Shown here: one piece after another, positions 1 to 12,800 of the stretch | How positions within the stretch are numbered: the first letter of the stretch is position 1 | How the letters are laid out: every line of letters starts with the position of its first letter | Source: the human T2T-CHM13v2.0 reference genome, Homo sapiens | Assembly (NCBI RefSeq): GCF_009914755.1 | Contig: NC_060930.1 | Strand: one strand, 5' to 3' | DNA length: 64,000 bases | The notes under the pieces: model-generated | The model's input: the letters and a program-made list of their open reading frames with translations, nothing else | The model's database searches: none | Told to the model about the DNA's origin: nothing | Program-made: the position numbers and the translations under genes

Positions 1-1384
1 CAGCTCCCCACCACATCCCCCAAACTTACACCTTGCTTGGACATCACCTCCTGTGTCAAAAAAGCTTCAGTTAATTATAATTCCCAAAGTTGGTGGTGGA
101 ACGGGGCTCAGGTTGGAGAGCTTTTCTTTGTACAGTCCATAATATCACAACCCTCCGTTACCCCATTGGAAGATTTTCTTATGAGTCAGAGGCTAGTTTC
201 TGGTCCCTTGAATACTGTTAAGATTTAACTGTGGTGTAAAGCAAATATCAGCAGGTATAGCTTAAGGATTGGTTTTGCCTCACGATGTTTTTCCTTTTTC
301 CAACAGAAGTAGACTTCAGATACATTCATTTTACCTAACCTGCATCTAGAAAATATTAATAGTGCTTTTTATTTCACTAACACAGCTTGCTCTCTAGTAA
401 TCAGCATACTGGTATGTTCCCAATCCTGCTGTGTTCTGCCTTCACATCAAAAAGAGAAAATCTTGCTTAAAACACTCTTCTTAAAGCACAGAGAGTTAAA
501 ATTTTATAATTATGTCTTTCTTTTCTTCTCTGTGGCTCTTAGTCCAAAGTCATATAAGAGGGTCTGTTGTAGGAGAAAAGAGAAAATCCAGTTCTGCTTC
601 CATAGGATGTGCTGCGCGATCATCAATGTCATTGTTCCTTAACTTGTATCCATGGGATCCAGCTGATGATGTTTTCAATATTGGAGCCTTTTGTTTCCCA
701 GCATGATGGGATGATGGAGCACTTTGTACATCTCATCAGGAGTATCTGATTCATGTTTCTCCTAACTGTGCCAGCAAGAATTACTTATCAGAATTTTTTT
801 CCCTTTACTGTAGTAAAAAGTTGCTGTTAGCACAGTTGTGAAATTTCTTCTACCCGTGTTGAGTTTGAGGCCTCTGATTCTTTTTACTCATCGAATGGGT
901 TTCTGTTTTATATGTTTATGGTAACCATGGAACCTTGTCTAGAGCCTCATGTGTAAGATTGCAGACTCTGTTTGTGAGGTGTTCTCAACATCGTTGATTT
1001 TGAGACAATGTGTGAGGGGGGAAACTTCAGAAATCTACATAAGTAAACCTCCCACTGAGGTTTGGGTGATCAGATGGGCTAGACCTCCAAAACCTCTGCT
1101 AAATCTGGGATTCCAGGATGCACATCATTAAAGAAATGTAAGGGGTGGCAGGAGGTACAAGCACCCTTGATTGTCTTTGAAGAAAGCCTAATTATTCCCA
1201 TTTCACAAAGCCCCTGATTACATTGTAGAATTACAAGAATTAGGTTGAACATCCAGTTCTAATGTTGTATATGTTGAGGTGCCTGACTAATTCAAAATAC
1301 ATTTCACTGGAGGATATTACAATTTCTAGAAATGTTACTGGATATAAGATAAAGAGAAAATGGAACAGAAAGGAGTTTCTGTTT

Positions 1385-2370
1385 TCATTCTCATTTATCA
1401 GACAATTATTAGTACCCTATATCCTTGGCACTGTGTTGGCTGTTGGGCTTATAAGGTCTCTGACTTTAGGGAGCTCAAATTTTAAAGTGAATATACACAT
1501 GAAATAAGTAATCAGAGTACACTGTAGTAAAGACTAACTAGAAATATTTATAAAGTGTCATATGATTACTGAAGAGTCTGTGAAAGAGAATCAATTTTGT
1601 GGGGACTATTCGGTTTTTCAAAGGAGGTGACATCTGAGTTAAATCTTGATGAAAGTGGAGGAGTTCAACAGCTAGGCCCAGAGAGCATTTAAGGTAGTGG
1701 GAGGGATATTGCAAAAATGTTTAGAGTTATCCTGTGGCAACAGGGAACCCTGGGTGATTGTAAGCAATAAAGTGACATAATCAGTTCTGAATTTTGGGAA
1801 AAAAAACCCTCAAAATGTAGGAATACCAGTTAGTGGTCTATGATAAAAGTATGCAGCAGAAGCAGAGGTGGGGAAAGGAGAGGAAGAGATGAGTTTGAGA
1901 AAGCTTTGGTTGTAGGGCAAAAGGAGATTCCCTGTTTCCATGTAACAAGGGTATTTTGGGTTGCCATTAAGTAAGATAGGAGACTGAGGTTGCACAGGTG
2001 TTTTGTATTTTGGTCATGTTGGCTCAGAGGTGGAAGATGCAGTTGGAGATGCTGGAAATCCTGATCTGGAGGGCAGGAGAGAGATGGTGCTGGAGTCGTG
2101 GAGATGATGCTGGAGACATGGAGATGGTGTTGGAGATGTGATCATTACCCAAATATAGCTGATGGCTGAAGCTATGGTACTGGAGGAGGCCATCCAGGGA
2201 GAATGGAGTATATAAAACTGAGAGTAGAGTTCTTAGAACATTTAAGATGGAGAAGGGAGCAAGAGAAAGTGACTGCAGGAAGGCTGAGTGGAGAGGCTTC
2301 CATGGTGTTGTCACAGTGCATGAGGGAGGATTGAGGGAGGTGACATCAGGGAGTGCTGGGAGTTGACAGG
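1385..2370 (-). mobile_element. LINE-2 fragment (3' portion), highly diverged
   Basis: TTCATTC...TTATTAGTACC...GGCACTGTG at the left edge is the antisense L2 3' end. It is followed by the typical GA-rich antisense L2 body. Confidence 0.65.
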
Positions 2371-4140
2371 GCATTTAAATAACTTAGTGGGATTACATTA
2401 TTGAAATGCCTCTGTATGGTTCTATTCCCAAGCATCATTGGAGGGCTTCTGCATGTTTATAGGGGCTGAAGTACGTGGGACGGCAAGCAGTCATGAAAAG
2501 AAAAAGAGGCTACGTGAAGTGGAATATAGTTAATGGTTAATGTTTTATTTTTGGAGTTAATGTTAAGCTTTACATTTTCTAAACTCTGTTAAACTATGTA
2601 ACAGTGGTCAAAGACTTTTTTTTGTATATTCATACCACAACCTACACTATTCTTTTATAATCCCAATCTTTTACAGTAGTTATCAGCATTGTTTTTACAT
2701 TGCCTTTTTTTCTTATTTTTTCCCAAGAAATCATTTTGGGGCAGGGAGAAATTCTCCATAGACTCCATGGTGCCTCTGCTGCCTGATGGATGTTAAGGAT
2801 TCTGATGTCAGTCTGACAAGCTAGGCATTGCATTCTCTGTATGTTTCAAGATCACAGCTCCATGCTTATGCTTTTAAGAATACAAAAATACGAGATTCAT
2901 ATTTAATCTGTGATCTATTACAACCCCCAAATCTGTTTCTGTCAAACTTATATTTAAAATATATTTATTTACAGTTTCTGTTTTTCTTTCTAAATAAATT
3001 AGCCTTTCTTTATTTCTTTTTACATTGATGTGATCTGTAAATCAGTTATAGGAAAGGAAGTAATTTTGACTCTAACTTTACTGGGTGTATTTCTGTCATG
3101 TATTTCTTGTTAGCTTTTCCTTCTGAGATGACAACAAATATTTTTGAAAATTACTGAATTGCAGATGGTATGAAAGGAGACCAAGAAGTCAATATTTAAT
3201 GAGGATTTTGACTAGCATTGAAGCCTTTATTTCAAGAAATAAAAACTATGATTTTAGAGAACAGCAGGTTCTTTTCCCTAATCTTCATTCTTCGTTTCCA
3301 TGCACATAAAATGTTATGGAAGTACAAAGGGTAGAAACTATTTTAATTTTCCTTGACAACAGCATTCAGAACATTAGCAGTGGTGAATAATGTGGGATGA
3401 TGAGTTGACATTTAATTGGAGCAGAATCTGTGGTATGGATGGACAAAGAGAACCTCATAGGAGCTCTGACTTCAGAATAGACTCCACTCTGATTGGAAAG
3501 TGCTTCCAACTGGCAGAATTGTATGAACATTATCAGTGAGAACTTCTCAGAAGAGAGTGCAGTTAAGGCATCAGATCTGGAGCTTGAGGTACTTCTACTC
3601 AAAGAGAATGAATACGGATCTGACACTAAGATCCATGGAGAATGAATATGGAACTGAAACAAAAAAACGTAGTTTTTTTTTCTCCAAATTTTCTGTACAT
3701 AATTACTTCTTTTAAAATATCAGCAAATTAACCAATCTGATTTTGGGCCATTACCCAGGAGACTCTCTACAAATACATTTATTAACCTTTCTGCATCTTC
3801 AGGTTCTCAGCTACATGATCTTCATTATCCAGCATCATTCCCTAATACCTTAATGAGGTGGTGACATTTAAATTTCACCTATTTCTCTGTCTGCCTACCT
3901 TTCTTGATTCTATTCATTAAACTGGAGAGACCTAGACTAGAACACTTGGTATAGAAAAAAGAAAAATATAATTTTTCCCTTTACTGCACTCTGTCAATAG
4001 ACTTGTCATTGTATTCCCTCTGTCTCAAAGGGCAGTCAGCAACAGGATGGTGATAGATGAGTCTGAGGCCTAGAAAACCAACTCCAAGCACACACCTTTG
4101 GACAAGTGGCTTGTACACAGTCTTTTGTGGAGGAAGCATT

Positions 4141-4472
<332 letters not shown>

Positions 4473-5024
4473 TTAGATAGGAAAAAAAGTTTTTTCCTGA
4501 TCCACAGAACTTTCCTCATTCTGACCTCACTGGCGAAATAGAAAGGTGTTTAAAGATAAAATAATAAAAACCCATTTGTGGTACAGCTGAAAAATCAAAA
4601 CAGAAATGGTCAGTCTTTCTCTTTATGTTTAGTTAGAATTCATGCTGATCCCTTACACCTGTTGTGACTGGCCTGATTTTTTGAATGTTAGGCATGTAGG
4701 TGAATCTAAACTCGTGTGTCTAGGCCACTGTATAAAATTAGACTAGCTAAAGATGGAAGCTACAATGGGATGATAATTGGCCTTCCTTGGTCCTTCTTGA
4801 ACCCTTTGAGAAGTATATTGTATTACTTCAGGGCATCCATTCTAAACTTGTTATAACCTGCCCTCCAACAACAGTTTAAACAGTAGGAAATAAGTAAAAA
4901 CACATTTACTTTGAAAAAACTCCTTATATATTTGATAGTAACACAACTATCAAATATATAACCTCTATCTTCAGTTACTATTATTAATGGCAATGCTAAT
5001 AATATTTTTCAGAGTTTATTGTGG

Positions 5025-5554
5025 AGCAGACTCACTGCCTGTTTTTATACAGCTTGCAAGCTAAGAATTGTTTTCACAATTTTAAATGGATGAAAAAAAT
5101 CAAAAGAAATAAGCAGGCAGATCACGAGGTCAGGAGATCACCTGGCTAACGCAGTGAAACCCTGTCTCTACTAAAAATACAAAAGATTAGCCTGGTGTGG
5201 TGGCGGGTGCCTGTAGTCTCAGCTACTCAGGAGGCTGAGGCAGGAGAATGGCGTGAACCTCGGAGGCCGAGCTTGTAGTGAGCCGAGATTGCGCCACTGC
5301 ACTCTGGGCGACAGAGCAAGAGTCGGTCTCAAAAAAAAAAAAAAAAAAAGGAATAATATTTCATGACACATAAATGTATATGAAATTCAAATTTTAGTGT
5401 CCCAGAAGTTAAGTGTTACTGGATCCCAGCCATGCCCATTCATTTATGGATTCTCTGTGGCTGGTTTTGCGCTACAACAGCAGAGTTGGGTAGTTGCTGA
5501 AAAGCTTAAAATATTTACTGTCTGGTCCTGCACAGGAAAAGTTTGCCAACCCCA
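5025..5554 (-). mobile_element. MER58B-like hAT-Charlie relic, interrupted by an Alu
   Basis: GCCTGTTTTTATACAGC...GCTAAGAATTG on the left and ...ATATTTACTGTCTGGTCCTGCACAGGAAAAGTTTGCCAACCCC at the right terminus. Confidence 0.75.
5113..5349 (+). mobile_element. AluY, 5'-truncated with small internal deletions
   Basis: Y diagnostics GGCTAAC, GAATGGCGTGAACC and GAGCTT, plus an A tail. TSD AAAAG(A/G)AATAA at 5102-5112 and 5346-5356. Confidence 0.9.
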
Positions 5555-5559
5555 GCTCA

Positions 5560-5750
5560 ATACAGGCTTTGCAATGTTAGATCACTTAATCTTCACAATA
5601 ACTCTAGGCAGTATGTGCATTTATTGTTCTCTTTCTACAGATGCGTAAACTGAGGCTTAGAAAGGATATGAATTAACCAGAGTGCATGACAGAGCTGGGA
5701 GAGTAACTCACACATGTCTGATGTGGAAGCGCTAGTCCTTCATCCTACAC
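5560..5750 (-). mobile_element. MIR
   Basis: MIR core antisense TACAGATGCGTAAACTGAGGCTTAGAAAGG, preceded by CACTTAATCTTCACAATAACTCT. Confidence 0.65.
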
Positions 5751-8121
5751 TAAACTGCATCTCTCATTGGCTAACAACTCAATTTGTTTCTACAATGGTG
5801 TTACTGTCTTCTACACTACTTCTTAATTCTTCCTTTCCTCATTAAATGCAATATATGTATACTATTGCACAGAAAGCTAAGAATACTACAGATCACACTT
5901 TGATAAAACTTCCTTAATTGAATCAGGAGTCTATCAAAGTCTGTAGTTGCCTGAGCTTTTGATACCACATATGTGAGAATAAAAAATAATGTGTTTCTTT
6001 CCCCATTCCATTAATACCTATTGATGAACTTCCTATAGTAAATGCTGAGCAAACTGATGTGAGTATAGATTGAAACTGAGAGGTTGAATCACAGGATAAG
6101 AATGTCCTGAGTCAAATTAGCCCCTTGAATTTGTTGCCTGTAACTTTTTAAATTGAGCAGGGATGGTACTCATTTAAATGTCTCTGTTTTTAATGGTGAT
6201 ACTCAGCTAAAAACAAACATTAGACAATTCACAATTCACTTGTAATGGGCACATGGAGGGAGAAAGTGCTTGAGAAATGGTATCTGAATTTATAGTTCAA
6301 CTTGTATGCAGAGTTGTTTGTTGTGTAGAAAAATGCAACAATTAAAAAGTCATTACATTATACATTTCTAATTGGAGCATCTCAAGATGTTCATTAAACA
6401 GCATAAAGGATCATCTGAGGCCATTGAATACCTGTAGTTGAGTGGCATAACTATCTATATATACACACTTTTAAGCCGTATGCTCTGTATGTTGTTAAAA
6501 TATCTTCAGAGAAACTGTGAATACCTCTATCCATTGACTCATTTCTTTTTGACTAGCAAGTCTTTCAATTAGTGAAGACAGAAAACAGCTCGTCAAATTA
6601 GTTCATGTTTTTCTTAATGTATCTTTAAATTTATAGAAAAAAGTAAATATGCATGCACTTAAGTTGGATATCTGTCTTAAAGTTAGGCCTCCTTTGTTTG
6701 CAAATAACAGAAAATATCGCTAACGTGAATGAAAATGGGGAACTTTATTGTAAACAGAGATGGGATCCAGGGGTATCTCATGGAATCCAAAGGCAATTAA
6801 TGTGATGGGGTATCACAAAGGACTGGGCAGGGCTGGAAATGTTTGGAAGCTAGGCAGCTATGTTTTCATCTCTTTCTCACTCTGTCAGGCCAGATGGTCT
6901 CTTGTTTCAGATTCTTTGTAGTGTCTGCTTTAAGCTTGTCTTTTCTGCTTCTCCATTTACATATTGGAATATGGCCTTCTCACAGCTCACCAGAGACTAA
7001 ACAGTGTCCCAGTTCTCATTTCCTGGGAGACAGAATCTGTTTGGCTTAGCTTGGATCAGATGGCTGCTCTGGGGCCAATGAGCTGTGGCCAGGGATATAG
7101 CTCCCGTAGTTTAAACATGGCCATCAGAGACCACTCTTGGATTGAGGATAATTTTCAGGAAAAATAAATGTCAGTCCAGGCAGAGCCTCAGAAAGGTATT
7201 TATTATACTACCCTAATTGTTCATGTCAGACCAAAAATGCAGGGGCCGCTTATTAATCAGTTTTACTTTTCTTACTTAACTCGGAAAAACTTACTAAGGA
7301 TATAGTTTTAGGTTTTTATATGTTCTTTTTATTTTCTACAAGTGCTAGAGCCACCCTGGAAGTTGGATGTTTGAAACTGAATGTTTGTAAAGCTCACTGA
7401 TTGGCCTCCATCCAAGCCCTGTTCCGGATCACCTCTTCCCTTGGGCATCTGAGGGCCCTTTGCCTCTGCCTGGCTGACCCCAATGCTGTGTCACATGCCT
7501 GATTTTCCGTCTCCACTAGTGGGAAATTGTTAGTCTGTCCCTCTATGCTGGAGAATTTTGAAAGATGAGGAATCAGTATATTTACCTCACTTGTTAAATG
7601 TGACAGCATCAAATATATCTGAGGTGCCATTTCTCTTTACCAGCTCTGAAGAGCTTTTGCTCTCGACATCACTGGCAGCTCCTACTGCTGGAGATGATTT
7701 CCAGCAGCCTGTGTTGGGCCTCTTAGGCTTAGTTCAGTTCCTTATCTATCAGGTGGGTGCTCATGATACAGACAGGTAAGGCACTGACTTACATAATTAG
7801 GTAGGTATAATAATTAAAAAATGCCTAGGGTACTAAGGAGTGCAGAGGAAGGGCATTCAGATAAACTGCCAGGGTTGAAGGGATGCTTCTTACAAAAATC
7901 ACGTTAAAGGCCAAGCCTGTGCCTCACACCTAACTGCTTTCTCAATTTGTTTGCCTCTGTCCTGCAGGACCACCTTTGCCATAAATCAGGCAGCTATATA
8001 TGTGCACATCTGCTTCGGCCCTATCCACTCATCTCTTTGTGCATGGGTCAGTTCCATGATGTCTTTATTGGAACTAGATGATAAGTTTGATATCTTGATA
8101 TCAAGTAATGTAAGTCTTCTA

Positions 8122-8352
8122 GTTTCCTTCTTTCCCTTCTTTTTTTTTCTTCCTTCTCCTCTTGTTCTTTTTCTTCCTCCTCCTCTTATTCGTCCATTTC
8201 CCCTTCCTCTTCTCCTTCTTTTTTTCCTCTTCCTCCTTCTCTCCTTCTCTTTCTCTTTCTCTCTTTCCTTCTCCGTCTCCTCCTCCCTTCCCTTCTCCTT
8301 TTCTTATCCTCTTTCTTCTTCCCTCCTCTCCTCATCTCTTTTCCCTCTTCCT
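8122..8352. repeat. CT-rich low-complexity polypyrimidine tract
   Basis: About 230 bp of almost only C and T on the + strand. Confidence 0.9.
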
Positions 8353-9619
8353 CCAGGACACCCAGCCCAAACTCTGCACAGACTTAGGGTTTTACCAAAG
8401 CTTTTGAATTTGAGCTTGTTCCACTTTCCAATCCCTTAAATGATGCATCAAAAAGCCTGGTGATTACCTGCTTAAGAATGGCATGGGGGTGGTGTAGAAA
8501 AGAAAGGGAATGAATCTAGGAAGAACAAAGACAAACTCATATTTCCATAATTATTTTGCTCTGCAGATATAAGCTGCTTGGATAGTAAAGTGCTATCCTC
8601 TCCCAGATGTATAAAGATTGAGCTTGTGAATTATATGCCTGGCAATTTTTCTAAAACACATTATTTTATGTGTTTTTTAAATAACTGACAATATTCATTG
8701 GCAAATGCAAAATTATAAATTTTGCAGTCCAGGCAGTGAACTTTCAAAGGCTGAAAAAAATAGTTGTTTTTTCCAGGAGGCTTGAAGCTTGGGATGTGCA
8801 GTTAGAGCCCAACAGCGGTGGGCCATTCATAAAGGGATGACCAGGCTTTCTAGCTCCACAGAGAGGAGAGCCCAGAAAACCTACATCACTCCAAACCTAC
8901 ACTCTTTCTAGAGCAATCCAGTGGACACACATTACTCCTTGAGAACTCCACAAAGCCAGGGATTGTGTGGGCTCCATCGTTACTGAGTTTCGAGCCCCAG
9001 CAAAGAGCAGGGTACAGCAGGTGCCCAACCATATTTATTAAGTGAATGAACTTGGTGTAGGTGTAAAGCAGAATTTCTTGTGTTTGAATCACTTTGAACT
9101 ATAATTATTTTAACCTGAGGTTGGAGACAAGATGGTGGACTTTCTGCTTGTAGTCACTTCCCTTATATCCCAGAGCAGCAAACCCATCTAGGCTAATACA
9201 ATATCATAATTCAGTTAACTTTCTTAATTTAGTTCAATCAAAAATATAAGGATTTCTCTAAGCCATAGGAGACTTTTCTTCAGAGAACACCAGTAGGATG
9301 ACAAAACTCTCAAATCTCCTGGGTATATTTGTGTTTATGCAGAGTTGAAAACTTCCCAGAGCCAGCCCCTCAACCGAGATGGTCCTTTGGAGATAAGCCA
9401 GAAGTGTGAAAGTTGTTTCAATGATATTATTTGAATATGGAGAGATGTACCAATGTTATTAATATTGACCAGCCTGACCATTAACTCTGATTTTTTTTGT
9501 GATACTGAGGAATGTGCCAGCACAAAAAGTTCCCCTGGAAGAAGATAAACACCATGGCTTAATAATGTGGGAGAGAGTTGGTTTCTTAGTTTCTATTATT
9601 AAAGTCCTATTTACAGTAG

Positions 9620-9800
9620 GAGCAAATGGGGAGTTAGTGTTTATTGGGTACAGAGTTTCTGTTTGGGATGATGAAAAAGCTCCAGAGTTGGATGATGGTG
9701 ATGGTCACACAGCAATGTGAATATACTTAATGCCACTAAACTGCACACTTAAAAGTGGTTAAAATGGGCAAATTTTATGTTATGTATATTAATCAGAAAA
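9620..9800 (+). mobile_element. Old L1M (L1MB-like) 3' end
   Basis: AATGGGGAGTTAGTGTTTATTGGGTACAGAGTTTCTGTTTGGGATGATGAAAAAG...AATTTTATGTTATGTATATT. Confidence 0.8.
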
Positions 9801-12800
9801 ACAGTTCTACTTTGTAAGTTTTGGGAGGTGTCATATTTTGAAGCAGTTGTTATTATCTCCATAAAAAGATAGGTAGAGAGGAAGTTGGTAGTACCCAGGG
9901 AGCTGACTGGGACTCAAGTCTCGGATGATTCGTAGTCAGTGACTTCTCATAGGTCACCTCTGAAAGGGTCATTGCATTCAGCAATCCCTCCACTCCCTGT
10001 CCACTCCCCAAATCCCAGCAGCTCGAATGTTACATTGTGGTAAATAATGAGCCTCTGTTTCCAGACAAAACAGTTTCACAAACAGCATCCTTGTACCATT
10101 TTTAGCTGAACACATTTTATTCCTTTCTCTGTCCCCTAATGGGAAACCATCTCTATACTGTCAAAGCATGCACTGTGCTTTCTGGAAGACTGTCACCAGT
10201 GGAGGAAGTGCTTTCCACTTGTAGCCTGTCAGATAATTTGGGATTCTTCTGCATGTGAAGTGGCATGTCTGGGAGAAAAGACCTCCTACTCAAAATAATT
10301 TTTGGTCCGATTGTCCTAGGTAGTTTTCATTTTGAGGCAGCTTTATCTCAAACATTTAATCTTGGGATGTTCTGAGGCCTCTTTGGTTCACCGAGGGAGT
10401 TTTAAAAATGGAAACTAGACTGTAATTTCTGAATTTATAAATGATTTGCTATTTTGTTAATTTTTTGTAAATTCTAAGTACAGTGTTTAAAGGTAAATAT
10501 CCTAAAACTGGGAACAACTACTAAACTTAATGTTGGATTTAATTCATTTTTTCAGTGAATGGATATAAATTTATAGTTATAGTTTATAAGTAGAATAAAG
10601 TAAAGCAATGACTGGTGAAAGAATGCTAGTAAAGCTTTGGTATGCTTTAAGAAAAGGGAAAAAAACAAAGACTAGAGCAAAGCCTGTAACTTGATTTTCT
10701 AGCAAAGCCCTCACAGAAATATCAAGTTCATGTGGTCTGACAAGTAACAATGTTTTATCCATTTTGTAATTTTGCACTATGAATAAAACTATATATATGT
10801 GGTATATTTTTTGGTAGCAGAGCTGAGTCCAACTTAGCATATCGTCCTGACAGTGAAGCACCTAGATTCAGTATTTTCTTTCTGCTTGAATATCTGATTC
10901 CAAATGGCACCTGAGAGTTTTTATTTCCCTTGGTTAAAAGTTGCTAAGTGGATGGTTTCCATTTTAAGGGCACCTGAATTATTTAAAAATTAAAAAATAT
11001 TAAAGGCATCAGGTGAAGATCCTTCATTCCAGTGTACTTCTGAATTTTACTGCAGAACTAGAATTCTGAATCCTGAGCTTTAGAGTCACAGTTATTTTAT
11101 CTAGGAAATAACCAGACCTGTATACTAAGGAATTTCTGTCTCACGCTGGAGGCCACTGGGAAGTGTGAGTAGTTTTAGACAAGAATTTCACACTTAGGCT
11201 GTGTTTGCACCATATGCTTCTCCATCCTTTCTCCTCCCCAGTGAAATGTCTTCTCTGGTTTATCTGGTGGTAGATTTCCATGGAAGTTACTAGGTAACTG
11301 AAGAAGTATATTATTTCAATAATTTCAAAATTCAAAGAAGAAATAGGACATTCTGTTGTACAAAATAGTGCAGCTCAAGGCAACTCATCAATTGCTCCTT
11401 GCTTGCATTTGCATTGCAATTTGCATTTTACAGAGTGATTGCCTGTACACCAGCTCATTTGTTCTTAGAATTACTCTGTGAGCAAGTGCCTACTGTGTAC
11501 TGAGTCCTGTGCTAGGTATCAGAAGGTATGTAAAAGAAGGTGGAGAAGAAGGCCTTTGTCCTTTTAAAATCAATTCTTGATTTTATGACGTGTTAGAGAT
11601 TAGGGGTATTAATAGCAGAGAGGTTGTACAGAGAGATGAGAGAAGACCCAGACTCAGCTGGGGTGGCTGGTTTCTCTGTATTAGCTGCAGTTGGAGTGTT
11701 GGCTCCATCCACCAGTCTGCGGCTGGTTCTGCTGTAAGTCTTCATAAATGACTAGGTCTTAATGAGATTTGTTCAACTTTTGAGGATTAGTGGTACCATC
11801 CACCAAATATGAAAAAAGAGTGTAAAGTGAGTGGTTTGCCAGTTCTTAATTTTTTTCTGATTAGAAAACTAAGTGGGTATTCTGATTGCAGAATTTACTG
11901 AAAGTGCAACAAAGAAGAAAATAAAAATTATTTGTAACTGGGACCAGATCAAGATATTCAAGGTCGTGAAGCAATGGGTAGAATATAGTGCCCTCAACCC
12001 ACATTTGTATTTCATAATGAAAACTGTACTAAATTGCATAGTAAATGTAAAGAAGTATAACTGTGATATGATTTTGTACATGATGACTAATTCATTGCTT
12101 TTAGTTTTTTTAATTTTGAAGTTCTTTCAGAAAAAAAAAATACTGCCTCTGCTCTGCTGGTGCCCTGGCCACCTACTGAGTAATCAAGTACTGCCTCTCC
12201 CTCCCACAATCCAAAGACAATCACTCTTCCTATTTTGGTTTATATACTTCTAGGGCTTTCTTATATAGATGAAAATAAATTTTGTAATTAAATTAGAGTA
12301 CTGAACATGAAGTTTTTTTAAATCTTGATTTTTCACTTGCCATACCATGAAAACATTCTCATGCCTTTAAGAAATCTTTGAAGACATTTTCAATGGCTGA
12401 ACCATGGTTATAGTTAACCAGTCTCCACGTGTTTCTAGTTTCATGTGCTTAAATAAGGTTTTATGAACAGCCTGCTGCATACGTCTTTTAATCCATTTCT
12501 GATTTTTATTTTTGTTCGTCACTTGGATCTGTTTTGTATGCCTGCTGGCAAGTCTGTCTCTTGGTACCTTTGACAATCCAAAGTAGTATGATTTTAACAA
12601 GGAATAAAAAACTTGTCTCACTTGATAGAAAATAGTATCTTGTTTTATTTTATACTTTTTTGATTAGTACTGGGATACATTTTCAAAATATATGTAGTGA
12701 CCACTTAAAAATGTCTCTGTTTGTGTCCAACTGAACATTTTTTTCTCATGATACCAAAATTTTTATAAGCTCTATCTCTATATTAAGGATATCAAATAAT

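Noticed and set aside
30-228. Possible minus-strand exon (TTTACACCACAG acceptor, GT|GTAAGT donor)
   Set aside because: It has stops in all three frames and no partner exons, so it is indistinguishable from a chance pseudo-exon.
3128-3660. Purine-rich stretch that looks like decayed coding sequence, with a 34-bp-period imperfect repeat at 3604-3660
   Set aside because: There is no long + strand ORF and no protein family I can recognise. It would need TBLASTX or Dfam to say more.
7951-8439. 162-aa hydrophobic ORF
   Set aside because: It stays open only because the CT-rich tract cannot encode stop codons, and it has no recognisable domain.
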